Source: an uncultured Acidobacteriota bacterium
GTDB taxonomy: Bacteria > Acidobacteriota > UBA6911
Reading direction: 5' to 3'
Length of the DNA stretch: 64,000 nt
Assembly (NCBI GenBank): GCA_963843575.1
Contig: CAWJKZ010000014.1
Coordinates: 64,001-128,000 of the forward strand
In this document: positions 19,657 through 30,663 of the stretch, in pieces
Layout of the letters: every line of letters begins with the position of its first letter
Position numbering within the stretch: the first letter of the stretch is position 1
Translations under genes and position numbers: made by a program
Notes under the pieces: model-generated
The model's database searches: none
The model's input: the letters and a program-made list of their open reading frames with translations, nothing else
What the model was told of the DNA's origin: nothing

Positions 19657-20121
19657 TGACAGGAACGGCGCAAAGAGGCCGGTGTTCCCGAGGATGTCGT
19701 TTTCAAAACGAAATGGCAGCTGGCAATCGACATTATTGACCAAGTCCGCACATGGGGCATTCCTGACCGGCTTGTCGTTGCTGATGCCGGGTATGGAGAT
19801 GCGACAGAGTTCCGGGATGCCCTTGAGAGCCGGAGTCTTCCTTATGTCGTAGGTACTTCCGAGCAGGTCGGTATTTGGGCAAAGCCGCCGAAGGTTGTTG
19901 TCCCGGAATACAGCGGCAGGGGGCAGCCACCATCGCGATTTTCCTATGGCAAGCAGAAACCGACGAATGTGCACCAGCTAGCTCTTAAGGCGAAGGAGTG
20001 GAAGAAAATCCGATGGCGCGAAGGGAGCAAGGGATGGCTGGAGTCGCGCTTCATGGCGCAGCGGGTTCAGCCTTCCCATGGCTATGTGCACGGTGAGCCC
20101 CCTCATAAAGAGCTATGGTAG
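19610..20121 (+). mobile_element. IS701-family transposase internal fragment
   Basis: WRLYLPESWAND, then after a frameshift AGVPEDVVFKTKWQLA...VVADAGYGDATEFR...WREGSKGWLESRF; truncated at both ends. Confidence 0.85.
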
Positions 20122-20334
20122 GAGGGAGGGATGTTTACGGCGACACCTATTATCGTAAACAAATAGCGGGAGAGAGATCCGCAAAGCACAGGAAGCCGTG
20201 TAGTGGTTCCCGATGAACGGCAGTTATCATCATGAGACCTACCCATGCGCGACGTTGACCGGCTGCACCTCCACGTGCTCGAAATAAGCTCGGCGAGTTG
20301 GGGCAATCGAGAATCTGTGGAAAGGAGTCGACCG

Positions 20335-21398
20335 TGACCAACTCGTCCTCCTGCGCGGCAATTGCCCTTGTGTGCGGTGCGCTCGCGGCTACTATTCTGA
20401 TTGCGTCGGAGGGAGCGAAAGACGACGCAACTACGGAGGGCGCAATGCGCGAAGATCCCGTCTCCGCCGCCGCCGCGTCCATTCTCGATCATTATTTCAA
20501 CCCTCCCGCCGCCAGACCCGTGGCAATCGTATGCTGTGCCGGTAAGCGCGCCCTGGCCGAAGCCATTGCCGCGAGGCTCACGGCGCGTGGCACCTTTGTG
20601 ACGACTCTCGAGGTCCCCGAGGACGTTTCCGATGCGCGCGCGTTTGCCTCAAAGGCATTTTCCGATGCCAATGCCGCGCTTATGGTCTTTGCCTCGGCGC
20701 GCATGTGGGGCCCACAGGGATTGCATCGGTATTTCGTCTACCAGGACGGACCGTCGGTTCAAGCGGCCGCGGCCCCCGTGTTCTTCGACGCGGTCACTCC
20801 GATGCCGAGCCGCGTGAGGCTTTATGGTTCGGACGTAGCTAAGGACCAAGCCTGGCTCGAGACGCTCAAATCCGCTTTCCCCGACAACGCTCGCTTCCGC
20901 ATAACATCGCCCGCAGGCACTGACCTTCAATTCACCGCGAGGAAATGGAACCGCCTCGACTGGGAAATATGCACTGCGCCGCTGGAGGCGTCTATCGAGG
21001 GCGCCATCGTCGTCGACGGAGCCGTCCAGTTCGGCAGGGTTGGCAAGCCGATAACCATCGTGATACGCAAGGGGCGCGTTGCCGATGTGCTCTGCGCAGA
21101 CCCCAACGACGCAGTCTTCGCCGAGTATCTCCGCGCGATGAGGGACGCGTTCGCCGCTGATGGCGCCAACGCCCAGCTCGCCGAGGTCGGCATTGGAGTA
21201 AACGGCGCCGCGTTGGTATCGGACGTGATCATGGAAAGCGAAACCGCCCGCGGCACCTGTCACTTCTGCTTCGGCGAGAACACACGCTACGGAGGTGCCA
21301 ACGTCACCGAGACGCACCACGGAACGGTCGTCATAAGAGAGCCGGCTTTCTATCGCGAGACTCTTTCGCCTGCACCGCATTGGAACAGAACACGCTGA
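20335..21398 (+). CDS. M29/leucyl aminopeptidase-like metalloprotein (divergent)
   Basis: ITSPAGTDL, EICTAP..EGAIVVDG, LAEVGIGVN and GTCHFCFGEN..YGG motifs; start uncertain (20335 GTG or 20445 ATG). Confidence 0.65.
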
Positions 21399-21472
21399 CG
21401 GTCAATCGCTTACACGGAGTGTTGCCAAAGCGCAGGCGAGCAGCGATATCAGGGCAGGGACACGGCAAAGAG

Positions 21473-21500
21473 AAGGCCGCACTTTATGGGGCGCGGCCTT
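21473..21500 (-). terminator. Intrinsic terminator between convergent genes
   Basis: AAGGCCGC/GCGGCCTT stem followed by pyrimidine-rich CTCTTT on the minus strand. Confidence 0.5.
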
Positions 21501-21525
21501 TGGTAACGTAGATACTGCAAGAAAC

Positions 21526-21870
21526 TTACATGCCGGAGCCTTTTTTCTTGGCAGGAGCGGCGGTTGCCGAGGATACCGTGATCGTGTCGCTGGTCAGCGT
21601 CCCGGCTACCTTCGCCTCTCTACCCGCCAGGCTGGAACTGATTTTATCCTGAGGATCCAACTGGTAAACCTTTCCGCCTGATACCAGGACGTACTTGCCA
21701 CCGCCCGAAACGCACTTCGCGACGCAGGCAGCCGCTTCGTCGCTTGCGGTCGCATGTTTGAGACCGCAGTTCGAATCGCTGATTACGCCGGTCCACGACT
21801 TATCTGCCCCCCATGCCAGGCAGGCAAACGCCAGGAGCGCGAGAACCGGGAACAATCCTTTTCTATTCAT
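21526..21870 (-). CDS. Small secreted hypothetical protein
   Basis: Signal peptide; G.ISDS.CG.KH...CV.KCV..G.KYVL pattern; RBS AGGAGG. Confidence 0.7.
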   Translation of the reverse strand: MNRKGLFPVLALLAFACLAWGADKSWTGVISDSNCGLKHATASDEAAACVAKCVSGGGKYVLVSGGKVYQLDPQDKISSSLAGREAKVAGTLTSDTITVSSATAAPAKKKGSGM

Positions 21871-22306
21871 CAACCTTCCTCCTTCTCGTCGTTGAATTTC
21901 GACTACTACTAAACATGCATCCCGGAGAATCACATGTCTAGTCGAGATTGAACACGTGTCTGGTCAAAACTGAGCGCCTCAGCGATCCCTGCCGACAGCT
22001 CCCTAATGATTAAAATTGTTACCCCTGCGGCTTCGCTCTAATGCCTTTTTGCGACACGCACTCACATCCCTGTTCGGCGGGCCAGCACCGGCAGCGCGGA
22101 CCAGGCTTGGCTGCACGTGGAGATCCTGGCTTTCCGGCCCAGGCTCGGAGTTCAGCAAGGAGGCAATCGAAGACTACCATTCCGGCGGTGCTTGGATGCG
22201 GGAGGACGTGGCTTCGTCGTGCTGAAGGCCGCCCGGACCGCCCGGCCAGGACGCATAACTCTAATGAGCGCCGGGGAAAATACCGATAAACCCACAGGGG
22301 CATATT

Positions 22307-22867
22307 ATGAAGCGCTTCGGATGTCTGCTGTTTGTGACGGCACTCCTGCACTCTGTGCCGTTGCCTGGCCAAACCACGAGCACGCTGGAGGTTGTCTCGT
22401 CTCCCTCCGGTGCGGAAGTCCTGCTCGACGGTGCTTCGACAGGGAAGCTGACGCCGGCGACGTTCCCGGTCTTTCCGGGTACGCACCAGCTGACTGTGCG
22501 GGCCATGGGACCCGGCTGGATACCCGCGGTGCGCAGCGTGGTCGTCGCGCAGGGGACAAACAGCGTGAGCGTGGTGCTCCGGCGCCAGGGCTCGGATCCG
22601 GCCGCTGCCCCGCTTGGCGTCGGCACTTCGCACGGAGCGCAGGCCCGCCTGCTGTCTCCCCCGGCGGCCATATCGGCGGGGGCCGCGGCCGCACTGGCCC
22701 ACAAGGGCGGAGCGGATGCGACGGGGTTTCCCCCTTCAGCCGGAAACCCGAAGGCTGCCGTCAGCAAGAACAACGCCCCAGAGCTCGATCCAGGTTCCCT
22801 GGCGGGCGCCGTCACGCTGCTGATCGGCGGTCTCATGATCCTGAGGGATCGCAGGCGCCGGAACTGA
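22307..22867 (+). CDS. PEGA-domain protein with a PEP-CTERM-like (VPEID-CTERM type) sorting tail
   Basis: Signal peptide; PEGA motif VSSPSGAEVLLDG...TP; C-terminus APELDPGSLAGAVTLLIGGLMILRDRRRRN. Confidence 0.65.
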   Translation: MKRFGCLLFVTALLHSVPLPGQTTSTLEVVSSPSGAEVLLDGASTGKLTPATFPVFPGTHQLTVRAMGPGWIPAVRSVVVAQGTNSVSVVLRRQGSDPAAAPLGVGTSHGAQARLLSPPAAISAGAAAALAHKGGADATGFPPSAGNPKAAVSKNNAPELDPGSLAGAVTLLIGGLMILRDRRRRN

Positions 22868-23290
22868 TCAGCGCGCAGATTGCGCCTCGTCGGCGAACGA
22901 TTTCGCCACCGTGTCCCACAGGCCAACCGAAGTGATGCCCCCGGCAGAAAAAATGACGATCACCTCGACCCCGGTGCGCCGGACTCTTTCAAGGGTTCGG
23001 GTCAATTTCCCGGGAGGGTAATAGCCCGCTGGAACCGCCGCCAGAAACGCCTGTAACTTCTTCTGCACCTCCCCGGGATCTCCAGGCGTGCGCAGGATCG
23101 TCTGCAAGGCAAGTTGCAGTTCGGGTGCGGACTGTGTGAGGTGCGCGGCGACCTTGTCGTATTCCCTCTGCAGTTCGGCGGCGGAGCCTCCAGCACCCAG
23201 CAATTGACGCATCCGGGTGAGCGGTTCCCGTGCCTCGTCGTAGAGGTAAGACGTCGCAATCCCGATCCACAAGTGTTTGCGATGCGGTGC
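22868..23290 (-). pseudogene. Probable C-terminal fragment of a hypothetical gene
   Basis: Protein-like stretch KHLWIGIATSYLYDE...IFSAGGITSVGLWD with no clear start. Confidence 0.35.
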
Positions 23291-23539
23291 CGGGGGCTGC
23301 CGTTCAGAATGCGCCAACTTCTGCCCGCTTCTCAACCAGGAAATCCTCCGGGGAGCGCGATGCACATTGCGAGCCTCGGGGTGGATTGTGCTCCAGGCCT
23401 CCGCACTCGAATGACCTCGAGACCGGGCCGGCGCCCGGCTCGGGGCGGAGCTCCCCGGATGAGTGACGTACGGGGCTCGTTCCATAGTTGCTGCAATTCC
23501 GGCGAGATTCTGTAGAATCGAGCTGCGAGGTACACGGCG

Positions 23540-25273
23540 ATGAGACTGCGACAGCTTGGCATCCTTGTCTTGGTTATGGGTTTGAGCGCCTGCGGCAGCA
23601 AGCCGGCACCGGATGTGGTGGTCTACAACGGCAAGGTCCTGACGGTGGACGGAAATTTCCGGATTGCTGAAGCTATGGCAATCAAAGGGGACCGGATCCT
23701 GGCGGTGGGAACGACGGCCGACATCACGAGCATGTCGAGCCCGGCGACCCAGCGGCTCGATCTCAAGGGCCAGACCGTGCTGCCGGGCCTGATCGATTCG
23801 CACTCCCACGCCGCCGCTGCGGCGCTGTACGAATTCGATCACACGGTCCCGGACATGGAAACCATCGACGACGTGTTGCGTTACGTGAAGGCCCGTGCCG
23901 ATGCGCTCAAGGAAGGAGAATGGGTCTCGCTCTCGCAGGTGTTCATCACGCGCCTGCGCGACCAGCGCTACCCGACGCGGGAGGAACTCGACCGCGCCGC
24001 GCCAAAGAACCCGGTGGCGTTTAGGACCGGCCCGGACGCTTCGCTGAACACGCTGGCCCTCAGACTGTGCGGCATCGACCGGAATTTCAAGCCGGCCGGC
24101 GGCGATCTGTGCCGCGTCGAGCGCGACCCGCGCAGCGGCGAACCCACGGGGATTCTGCGCAGCTGCGCCAGCTATCTGAAATACAAGACGAGCGAGAAGG
24201 TCCCGACGGCCGATGACCGGCGCAATCGGCTGAAGCTGCTCCTCGCGGACTACAACTCGGTCGGCATCACCGGAATCGTGGAAGGGGACGCCGAGGACGA
24301 GGAGGTCGAGATCTACCGGGAGCTGAGGGACCGGGGAGAGTTGACGTGCCGCACCTTCCTCGCCCTGCACGTGGATGCGCAACAGCCGGTGGAGAAGGTC
24401 GAGGCGCGCATCCGGCAGGCCGCCGCCAGCCCGCTCCACAAACGCGACGCCATGCTGTGGTTGCGCGGCATCAAGGCTTACCTCGACGGCGGAATGCTCA
24501 CCGGCAGCGCATACATGCAGCAGCCGTGGGGTGTCAGCAAGGTATACGCCATCGACGACCCCGCGTACCGGGGCATGCGCTTTATCGATCCCGAGCGGCT
24601 CTACCGGATTGCCCGCGCTGCGCTCGAAAACGATTTCCAGTTCACCGCGCACTCGGTCGGCGACGGGGCCGTGGCGGCGCTGGTCGAAGCCTATGAGCGG
24701 ATCAACCGCGACCTGCCCGTGCGGGACCGGCGGCCCAACATCACGCACGCCAACTTCATCGCCCCGGAGACGGTTCAGAAAATGAAGGCTCTCGGGATCG
24801 TCGCCAACATGCAACCGGTCTGGCTCTACATGGACGGCGCCACCCTGCTCAAGCACTTCGGTACCGACCGGCTGGCGATCTTCCAACCGTATCGCTCGCT
24901 GTTCGAGAACGGCGTGATCGTCGGCGGAGGGTCGGACCACATGCAGAAGATCGGCAGTTTCCGGTCCATAAACCCGTATAACCCGTTTCTCGGGATCTGG
25001 ACGGCGGTGAGCCGCAAGCCGCGCTGGATGGAGGGGCCGCTCCACCCCGAGCAGGCGATCTCCCGCGAGCAGGCCCTCAGGCTGTACACTGCCAACAACG
25101 CCTGGCTCACCTTCGAGGAGAAGGAGAAGGGATCGCTGGAACCCGGGAAACTGGCCGACTTCATCGTCATCGACCGGGATATACTGACGTGCCCTGAAGA
25201 CGAAATCAGGGGGATCGAAGTGCAGCGCACCTATTTGGGGGGGAAGCCCGTCTACACCCGGGCTGGACTCTAG
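23540..25273 (+). CDS. Amidohydrolase_3 (YtcJ-like) lipoprotein
   Basis: Lipobox LSAC; PGLIDSHSH, KAYLDGG, HSVGD and GSLEPGKLADF motifs. Confidence 0.9.
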   Translation: MRLRQLGILVLVMGLSACGSKPAPDVVVYNGKVLTVDGNFRIAEAMAIKGDRILAVGTTADITSMSSPATQRLDLKGQTVLPGLIDSHSHAAAAALYEFDHTVPDMETIDDVLRYVKARADALKEGEWVSLSQVFITRLRDQRYPTREELDRAAPKNPVAFRTGPDASLNTLALRLCGIDRNFKPAGGDLCRVERDPRSGEPTGILRSCASYLKYKTSEKVPTADDRRNRLKLLLADYNSVGITGIVEGDAEDEEVEIYRELRDRGELTCRTFLALHVDAQQPVEKVEARIRQAAASPLHKRDAMLWLRGIKAYLDGGMLTGSAYMQQPWGVSKVYAIDDPAYRGMRFIDPERLYRIARAALENDFQFTAHSVGDGAVAALVEAYERINRDLPVRDRRPNITHANFIAPETVQKMKALGIVANMQPVWLYMDGATLLKHFGTDRLAIFQPYRSLFENGVIVGGGSDHMQKIGSFRSINPYNPFLGIWTAVSRKPRWMEGPLHPEQAISREQALRLYTANNAWLTFEEKEKGSLEPGKLADFIVIDRDILTCPEDEIRGIEVQRTYLGGKPVYTRAGL

Positions 25274-25411
25274 GAGCGTACGGCCTCGCGTTCGGAGCGG
25301 TTCGCCGACCGTCCCGTCCCTGGTCGCGGCGACCAGGGTCACGGATGAAACAACGGCGGCTGGTTTGCTTCTAATAGACAAAGGAAGGGGACAAAGGAAG
25401 GGGAGGAGAGA

Positions 25412-25789
25412 ATGCAAATGAGACGGATGCGTTTCGCGGCCAGCACGTGCCTGGCCCTGGCGGCCCTATTCCTCGCCGGCTGCGAGCAGAAAACGATCAA
25501 TGAGATCAAGGCCCAGCCGGACCGCTATGCTAATCGCGACGTGGGGATCCGAGGCGAAGTCACCGAAAGTTTCTCGATCCTGGGCCGGGGCGCCTACCAG
25601 GTCGACGACGGCACCGGGAAACTCTGGGTGATTTCCGAGAAGGGTGTGCCGCGCAAGGGGTCCCACGTGGCCGTGAAAGGTCGTATCCGAGACGGGTTCG
25701 ACCTCGGCTCGTTCATCAAGCTGCCCGAGAAGATCAGTTCGGGGATGGTGCTGGTGGAGGAGTCCCACAAGGCGAAATACCCCCGCTAG
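25412..25789 (+). CDS. Small OB-fold-like lipoprotein
   Basis: Lipobox LAGC; YQVDDGTGKLWV motif; strong RBS. Confidence 0.7.
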   Translation: MQMRRMRFAASTCLALAALFLAGCEQKTINEIKAQPDRYANRDVGIRGEVTESFSILGRGAYQVDDGTGKLWVISEKGVPRKGSHVAVKGRIRDGFDLGSFIKLPEKISSGMVLVEESHKAKYPR

Positions 25790-25814
25790 CGAACGCGGGG
25801 GCCAACAAGATACG

Positions 25815-25909
25815 GTCCGGGCTTCAGCCCGGACGCTGTTTGCGGTCGCTATGCAGGGCAGGTGGAACTCTATGGAACGGATTTAAAGACGTCCGGGCTG
25901 AACCCGGAC
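25815..25909. repeat. Pair of REP-like palindromes (BIME-like)
   Basis: GTCCGGGCTTCAGCCCGGAC (25815-25834) and a near-inverted copy GTCCGGGCTGAACCCGGAC (25891-25909) between convergent genes. Confidence 0.65.
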
Positions 25910-25999
25910 CCACTTGCTTTGCGGGCAGGGCGGGCAGATAAACCGTTGGACAGCCTCTTCAGCGCGGACCCACGTGCTCGCTCTCCCAAACTTCAACCG

Positions 26000-27145
26000 T
26001 CACTGGTCGGCGGTGGGTCTTTCCGGGGCCTGAATCACCTTTTCGTAGAAGCGCTCGTATTGCGGGATGATCTTGGATGCGCAGAAGCGCGCCTTGGCCC
26101 GCTGCCGCGCCTTCTTTCCCATCTCGCGGCGGAGCGTCGCGTCCCCGACGATCTGGACCGCGCGTCTTGCCATTTCGTCGACATGGTAGGGTTCGACCAG
26201 GAAGCCCACCTCGCCGTTGTCCACAACCTCCGGCAGCCCGCCTACCCTGGAAACAACCACGGGCACCTCGCAAGCCATCGCCTCGAGGGCGACGAGCCCG
26301 AATGACTCGTTGTCGCTCGGCAACAGCAGCAGGTCCGCGCAGCCAATGAGCTCCTCGATGTTGTCGCGCTTGCCCAGGAAGTGGACTTTCTTCTCGATCC
26401 CGTAGCGACGCGCCAGGTACTCGGCGTTGCCACGCTCCGGTCCGTCTCCCACCATGAGCAAGGTCGACGGAACGATGCGCTGCACCCTCTCGAAGATCTC
26501 GACCACGTCCGTCGGCCGTTTGACGGGGCGGAAGTTGGAAAGGTGGATAAGGACGCTCTCGCCGGGAGCGGCGAACCGGTCGCGGATTTCGGTGTTTTCG
26601 GGGGGCTTGTAGATGTCGCAGTTCACGAAGTTGTAGATGACCTCGATTTCGTTTTTGACGCCGAAGGTCTTGTAGGTGGCGTCCCTCAGGTAGCTGGAGA
26701 CCGCGGTGACGCCGTCGGACTGCTCGATCGAGAAGCGGGTGATCGGCAGGTAGGAGCGATCGGCGCCGACCAGGGTGATGTCGGTGCCGTGCAGTGTCGT
26801 GACGACCGGGAGCCGGCGGGGCCTCATCATGGACTTGGCCAGATAGGCGCTCACGGAGTGCGGGATCGCGTAGTGGCAGTGCAGGAGGTCGAGGCCTTCA
26901 AGCTCAGCCACCTCCGCCATCTTGGTCGCGAGGGCGAGCGTGTACGGCGGGTGGTCGAACAGGGGGTAGGTCGTCACCTCGACTTCGTGGAAGTAGATAT
27001 TGGGGTGCGACCTGTCGAGCCGCATGGGCGGAGCGTAGCTGATGAAGTGGACCTCGTGTCCTCGCTGGGCTAGTTCTTTGCCCAGCTCGGTTGCGACGAT
27101 GCCACTGCCGCCGTAGGTTGGGTAACACGTGATGCCGATTTTCAA
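26000..27145 (-). CDS. bshA: N-acetyl-alpha-D-glucosaminyl L-malate synthase (bacillithiol biosynthesis)
   Basis: MKIGITCYPTYGGSGIVATELG, HYAIPH, TTLHGTDITLVG and SNFRPVKR motifs. Confidence 0.93.
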   Translation of the reverse strand: MKIGITCYPTYGGSGIVATELGKELAQRGHEVHFISYAPPMRLDRSHPNIYFHEVEVTTYPLFDHPPYTLALATKMAEVAELEGLDLLHCHYAIPHSVSAYLAKSMMRPRRLPVVTTLHGTDITLVGADRSYLPITRFSIEQSDGVTAVSSYLRDATYKTFGVKNEIEVIYNFVNCDIYKPPENTEIRDRFAAPGESVLIHLSNFRPVKRPTDVVEIFERVQRIVPSTLLMVGDGPERGNAEYLARRYGIEKKVHFLGKRDNIEELIGCADLLLLPSDNESFGLVALEAMACEVPVVVSRVGGLPEVVDNGEVGFLVEPYHVDEMARRAVQIVGDATLRREMGKKARQRAKARFCASKIIPQYERFYEKVIQAPERPTADQ

Positions 27146-27184
27146 GTGTCCTCCGTGACAGAAAGGTGGAAGCCTGAGCTGGAA

Positions 27185-30100
27185 TCAGTCGAACGCCGAA
27201 GCGACGAGGGCGGCCTGCTGTTTCCGGTGCGCCAGGAGAGACCCGGTGGCGGGGCTGGCGCTTTCGGGACGGCCGGCGTAGCGCACCTCCCGCGCGAAAG
27301 GGAGAGTCCGGGCGATCCGGTGACGCATGAATTCCCAGGCGCCCATGTTCTGCGGTTCCTCCTGCACCCAGCAGACGGTCTGAGCCCGCGTGTACGACCC
27401 GAGGGCCTGCGCCAGATTCCACTCCGGGTACGGGTACAGCTGTTCAACGCGCAGGATCGCGACGTCGGCGGCGCCGCGTCGCGTGCGCTCGGCTGCGAGG
27501 TCGTAATAGACCTTGCCCGAGCAAAGCAGGATGCGTCGGACCGCTTCCCGTTCCGCGACGGCCGGGTCGTCCATGACCGGGTGGAACAGGCCTACCGAGA
27601 AATCGGCTGCACGCGACACGTTGGACGGGTGCCGCAGCAGGCTCTTGGGTGTGAGCACGACCAGGGGGATGCGCTTGGCGTCGCGCATCTGCCGCCGCAG
27701 CAGATGGAAATACTGCGCGGGGGTGGTTGGGAGACAGACGCGCATGTTGTCTTCCGCGCAGAGCGACAGGAAGCGTTCCAGCCGCGCGCTCGAGTGCTCG
27801 GGCCCCTGCCCCTCGAAACCGTGCGGAAGCAGCATCACGAGGTCGCAGGGCTGCCGCCACTTGGATTCCGAACTCGAGATGAAGTTGTCGATGATCACTT
27901 GGGCGCCGTTGGCGAAGTCGCCGAACTGGGCTTCCCAAGCCACGAGGGTAAGCGGGTCGGCGACGCTGTAGCCGAATTCGAAGCCGAGCACGGCAGCCTC
28001 GGACAGCGCGCTGTCGAACACCTCGAAATGGGCCTGGTCGGGATGGACGTGCTGCAGTGGGGTGTACTGCGTGCCCGTGTCGAGGTCGCTCAGCACGAGG
28101 TGGCGCTGGCTGAAGGTGCCGCGGGCGCTAGTCCTGTCCGCTGATGCGCACGGGTGTGCCTTCGTAGACCAGCGTGCCGAAGGCGAGGGCTTCCGCGTAT
28201 GCCCAGTCGATGTCGGGATCGCCGTCGACAAGCTCCCGGCGCCGGGCGAAGAAGTTCCTGAGCTTCGGGTGCAACCGGAACGCGTCGGGGAGTTGCGTCA
28301 GGCCGTGGGCTACCTCGCGCAGTTCCTCCGGCGGCACGGCTGTGCCGCCCGTGGGCTGGAACTCGCGCAACTCTTCCTCGGATACGGCGAGCGGGATGTC
28401 GGGTTCGAAATGCTGGTCACCTACCCGGCTCGCCTCGTAGGCCTCCTCGAGTTGCCGCTGGGTTTCGGCCATGCTGCGGTCGATCTCGGCCTGGTCGACG
28501 ATCCCTTCGCGTGCGAGCTTCTCCGAGTAGAGGGCGAGGACCGAGGGACGCTCGGCGATCTGGCGGTAGAGCAGCGGTTGTGTGTAGCTCGGTTCGTCGC
28601 CTTCGTTGTGGCCGTGGCGCCGGTAGCAGAAGATGTCCACGACCACGTCTTTGCCGAACTGCTGGCGGTAGGCGTAGGCGAGGGACGCGACCCGGATCGC
28701 GGAGTCCGGGTCGTCCCCGTTGACGTGGAATATCGGCGCCTGCACGGAGCGCGCTAGGTCTGTGGCGTAGGGCGAGGAGCGGGCTTCTTCCGGTGTGGTG
28801 GTAAAGCCGATCTGGTTGTTGACGATGACGTGGATGGTCCCCCCGGTGCGATAGCCGTGCAGCTGGGAGAGGTTGATGGTCTCCCACACCACTCCCTGCC
28901 CGGCGAACGCGGCGTCGCCGTGCACGAGCACCGGGATGACTTTCCTCCGGGTCGTGTCGCCACGCCGTTCCTGCTTGGCCCGGATTACCCCTTCTACGAC
29001 GGGGTTGACCCACTCGAGGTGGCTGGGGTTGGGGACCACCGACACCTGGATGTCGTTGCCCTCCAATGAACGGAACGTGCCGGCCGAGCCGAGGTGGTAC
29101 TTGACGTCGCCCGAGCCCTGGGTGACGAGGGGGTCGGTGTTCTCCTCGAACTCGGAGAGAATTTTAGGCAGCGGTTTCCGGATGATGTTGGCCAGCACGT
29201 TCAGCCTGCCGCGGTGCGCCATGCCGATGACCGCCTCCTGCACGCGATCGTTGGCGGCTTCCGCCAGGATCCTGGCGAGCACCGGGATGGTGGTCTCGGC
29301 CCCTTCCAACCCGAAGCGCTTGTGCCCGACGAAGCGCGTGTGGAGGTAACGCTCGAATCCCTCCGCGTCGATCAGGCGGGACAGCGTCTGACGCCTGATC
29401 TCGGGACCGAGCGGGGCGGTTGCCTCGGCCGGCTCGATGCGATCCTGGATCCAGGTTTTTTCTCCAGGGTCCTGGATGTGGCGGTATTCGATCCCGATCT
29501 TCTGGCAGTAGGCCCGGCGCAGTATGGCGAGGATTTCCCGCAGGGTCCCGCGCTCGAGGCCGCCGAGCCCGCCCGTCACGAACTCGCGGTCGAGGTCCCA
29601 TATGGTCAGCCCGTATGTCGCCGGATCGAGCTCGGAATGGTACAGGGCATTGGTGCCCAGGGGATCGAGGTGCGCGATCAGGTGGCCCCTGACGCGGTAA
29701 AGGTTGATGAGCTTGAGGACGCCGACCTGCTTGTCGAGATCTTCACGGCCGAGGACGCCTCCCAAGATGGCGGGGCTGTGGTCGAGGGCCCATTTGACCG
29801 GAACGTCGGGCAGCTGCAGGTCCTCGAAAATCTCCTCGTAAAAGCGGTCGTTGCCGAGCAACAGGTCGTGCACCCTGCCGAGGTACTGCCCCGATTCTGC
29901 CCCCTGGATGATCCGGTGGTCGTAAGTGCAGCTGATGGTCATCACCTTGCTCAGCCCGAGGCCCGACAGGGCGCGGGGCGACCAGGCATGGTATTCGGCA
30001 GGATAGCCGATGTTGCCGGTGGCGACGATGGCGCCCTGGCCTTTCATCAGCCTGGGCAGAGAGGATATCGTGCCGACGGTTCCAGGATTGGTCAGGGTGA

Positions 30101-30650
30101 TTGTCGTCCCCTGGAAATCCGACGGATCGATGGAGCCTTTCCGGGTGCGCGCGATGGTGTCGTCGTAGGCCCGGACGAACTCGTGGAACGTCATGTTGCC
30201 GGCGTGTTTGATGTTGGGCACGAGCAGGGTGCGGCTACCGTCCTTCCGCTCGACGTCGACCGCGATACCGACGTTGATCGTGCGCCGCACGCGGCGCTTG
30301 GGCTCGCCCTCGACGAGCTCGTAACACGAGTTCAGGACGGGGAAGTCCCGCAGCGAGCGGAGGAGCGCCCATGTGATGACGTGGGTGAACGAGATCTTCC
30401 CCCGGTTGTCCGGCTCCATGTAACTGTTGATGATCCGGCGGTTTTCCTCCAGGAGCTTCACCGGGATGGTGCGGTACGAGGAAGCGGTCGGGGTTGCCAG
30501 GCTCGCTTCCATGTTCTGGGCGACCCTGAGGCTCCCGCCGCGTATCGGGACGAGTTCCTCGTCTGGGGGGATGGGGACTGCAGGGTCAGCCGGGCGATCG
30601 ACCTCTTCCTGCAGACGTCCCGTTTGAGAAGAAGCGTCTTCGTTGGGCAT
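27185..30650 (-). CDS. kgd: Multifunctional 2-oxoglutarate decarboxylase/dehydrogenase (fused E2 catalytic + E1 domains), split by one +1 insertion near 28130
   Basis: TYDHRIIQGA (E2), GMAHRGRLN, HGDAAFAGQG, WEAQFGDFANG and GQGPEHSSARLER motifs; removing one T restores ISGQD-SARGTFSQRH. Confidence 0.9.
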
Positions 30651-30663
30651 CGGGTTTCTCGTA

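Noticed and set aside
22868-25417. Very long antisense ORFs (849 aa here; also 34784..37543 at 919 aa and 60071..61684)
   Set aside because: Shadow ORFs opposite well-supported genes, expected in high-GC DNA; no recognisable motifs
28120-28140. TAG in kgd as possible pyrrolysine or stop-codon readthrough
   Set aside because: The continuation is in a different frame; one extra base explains it
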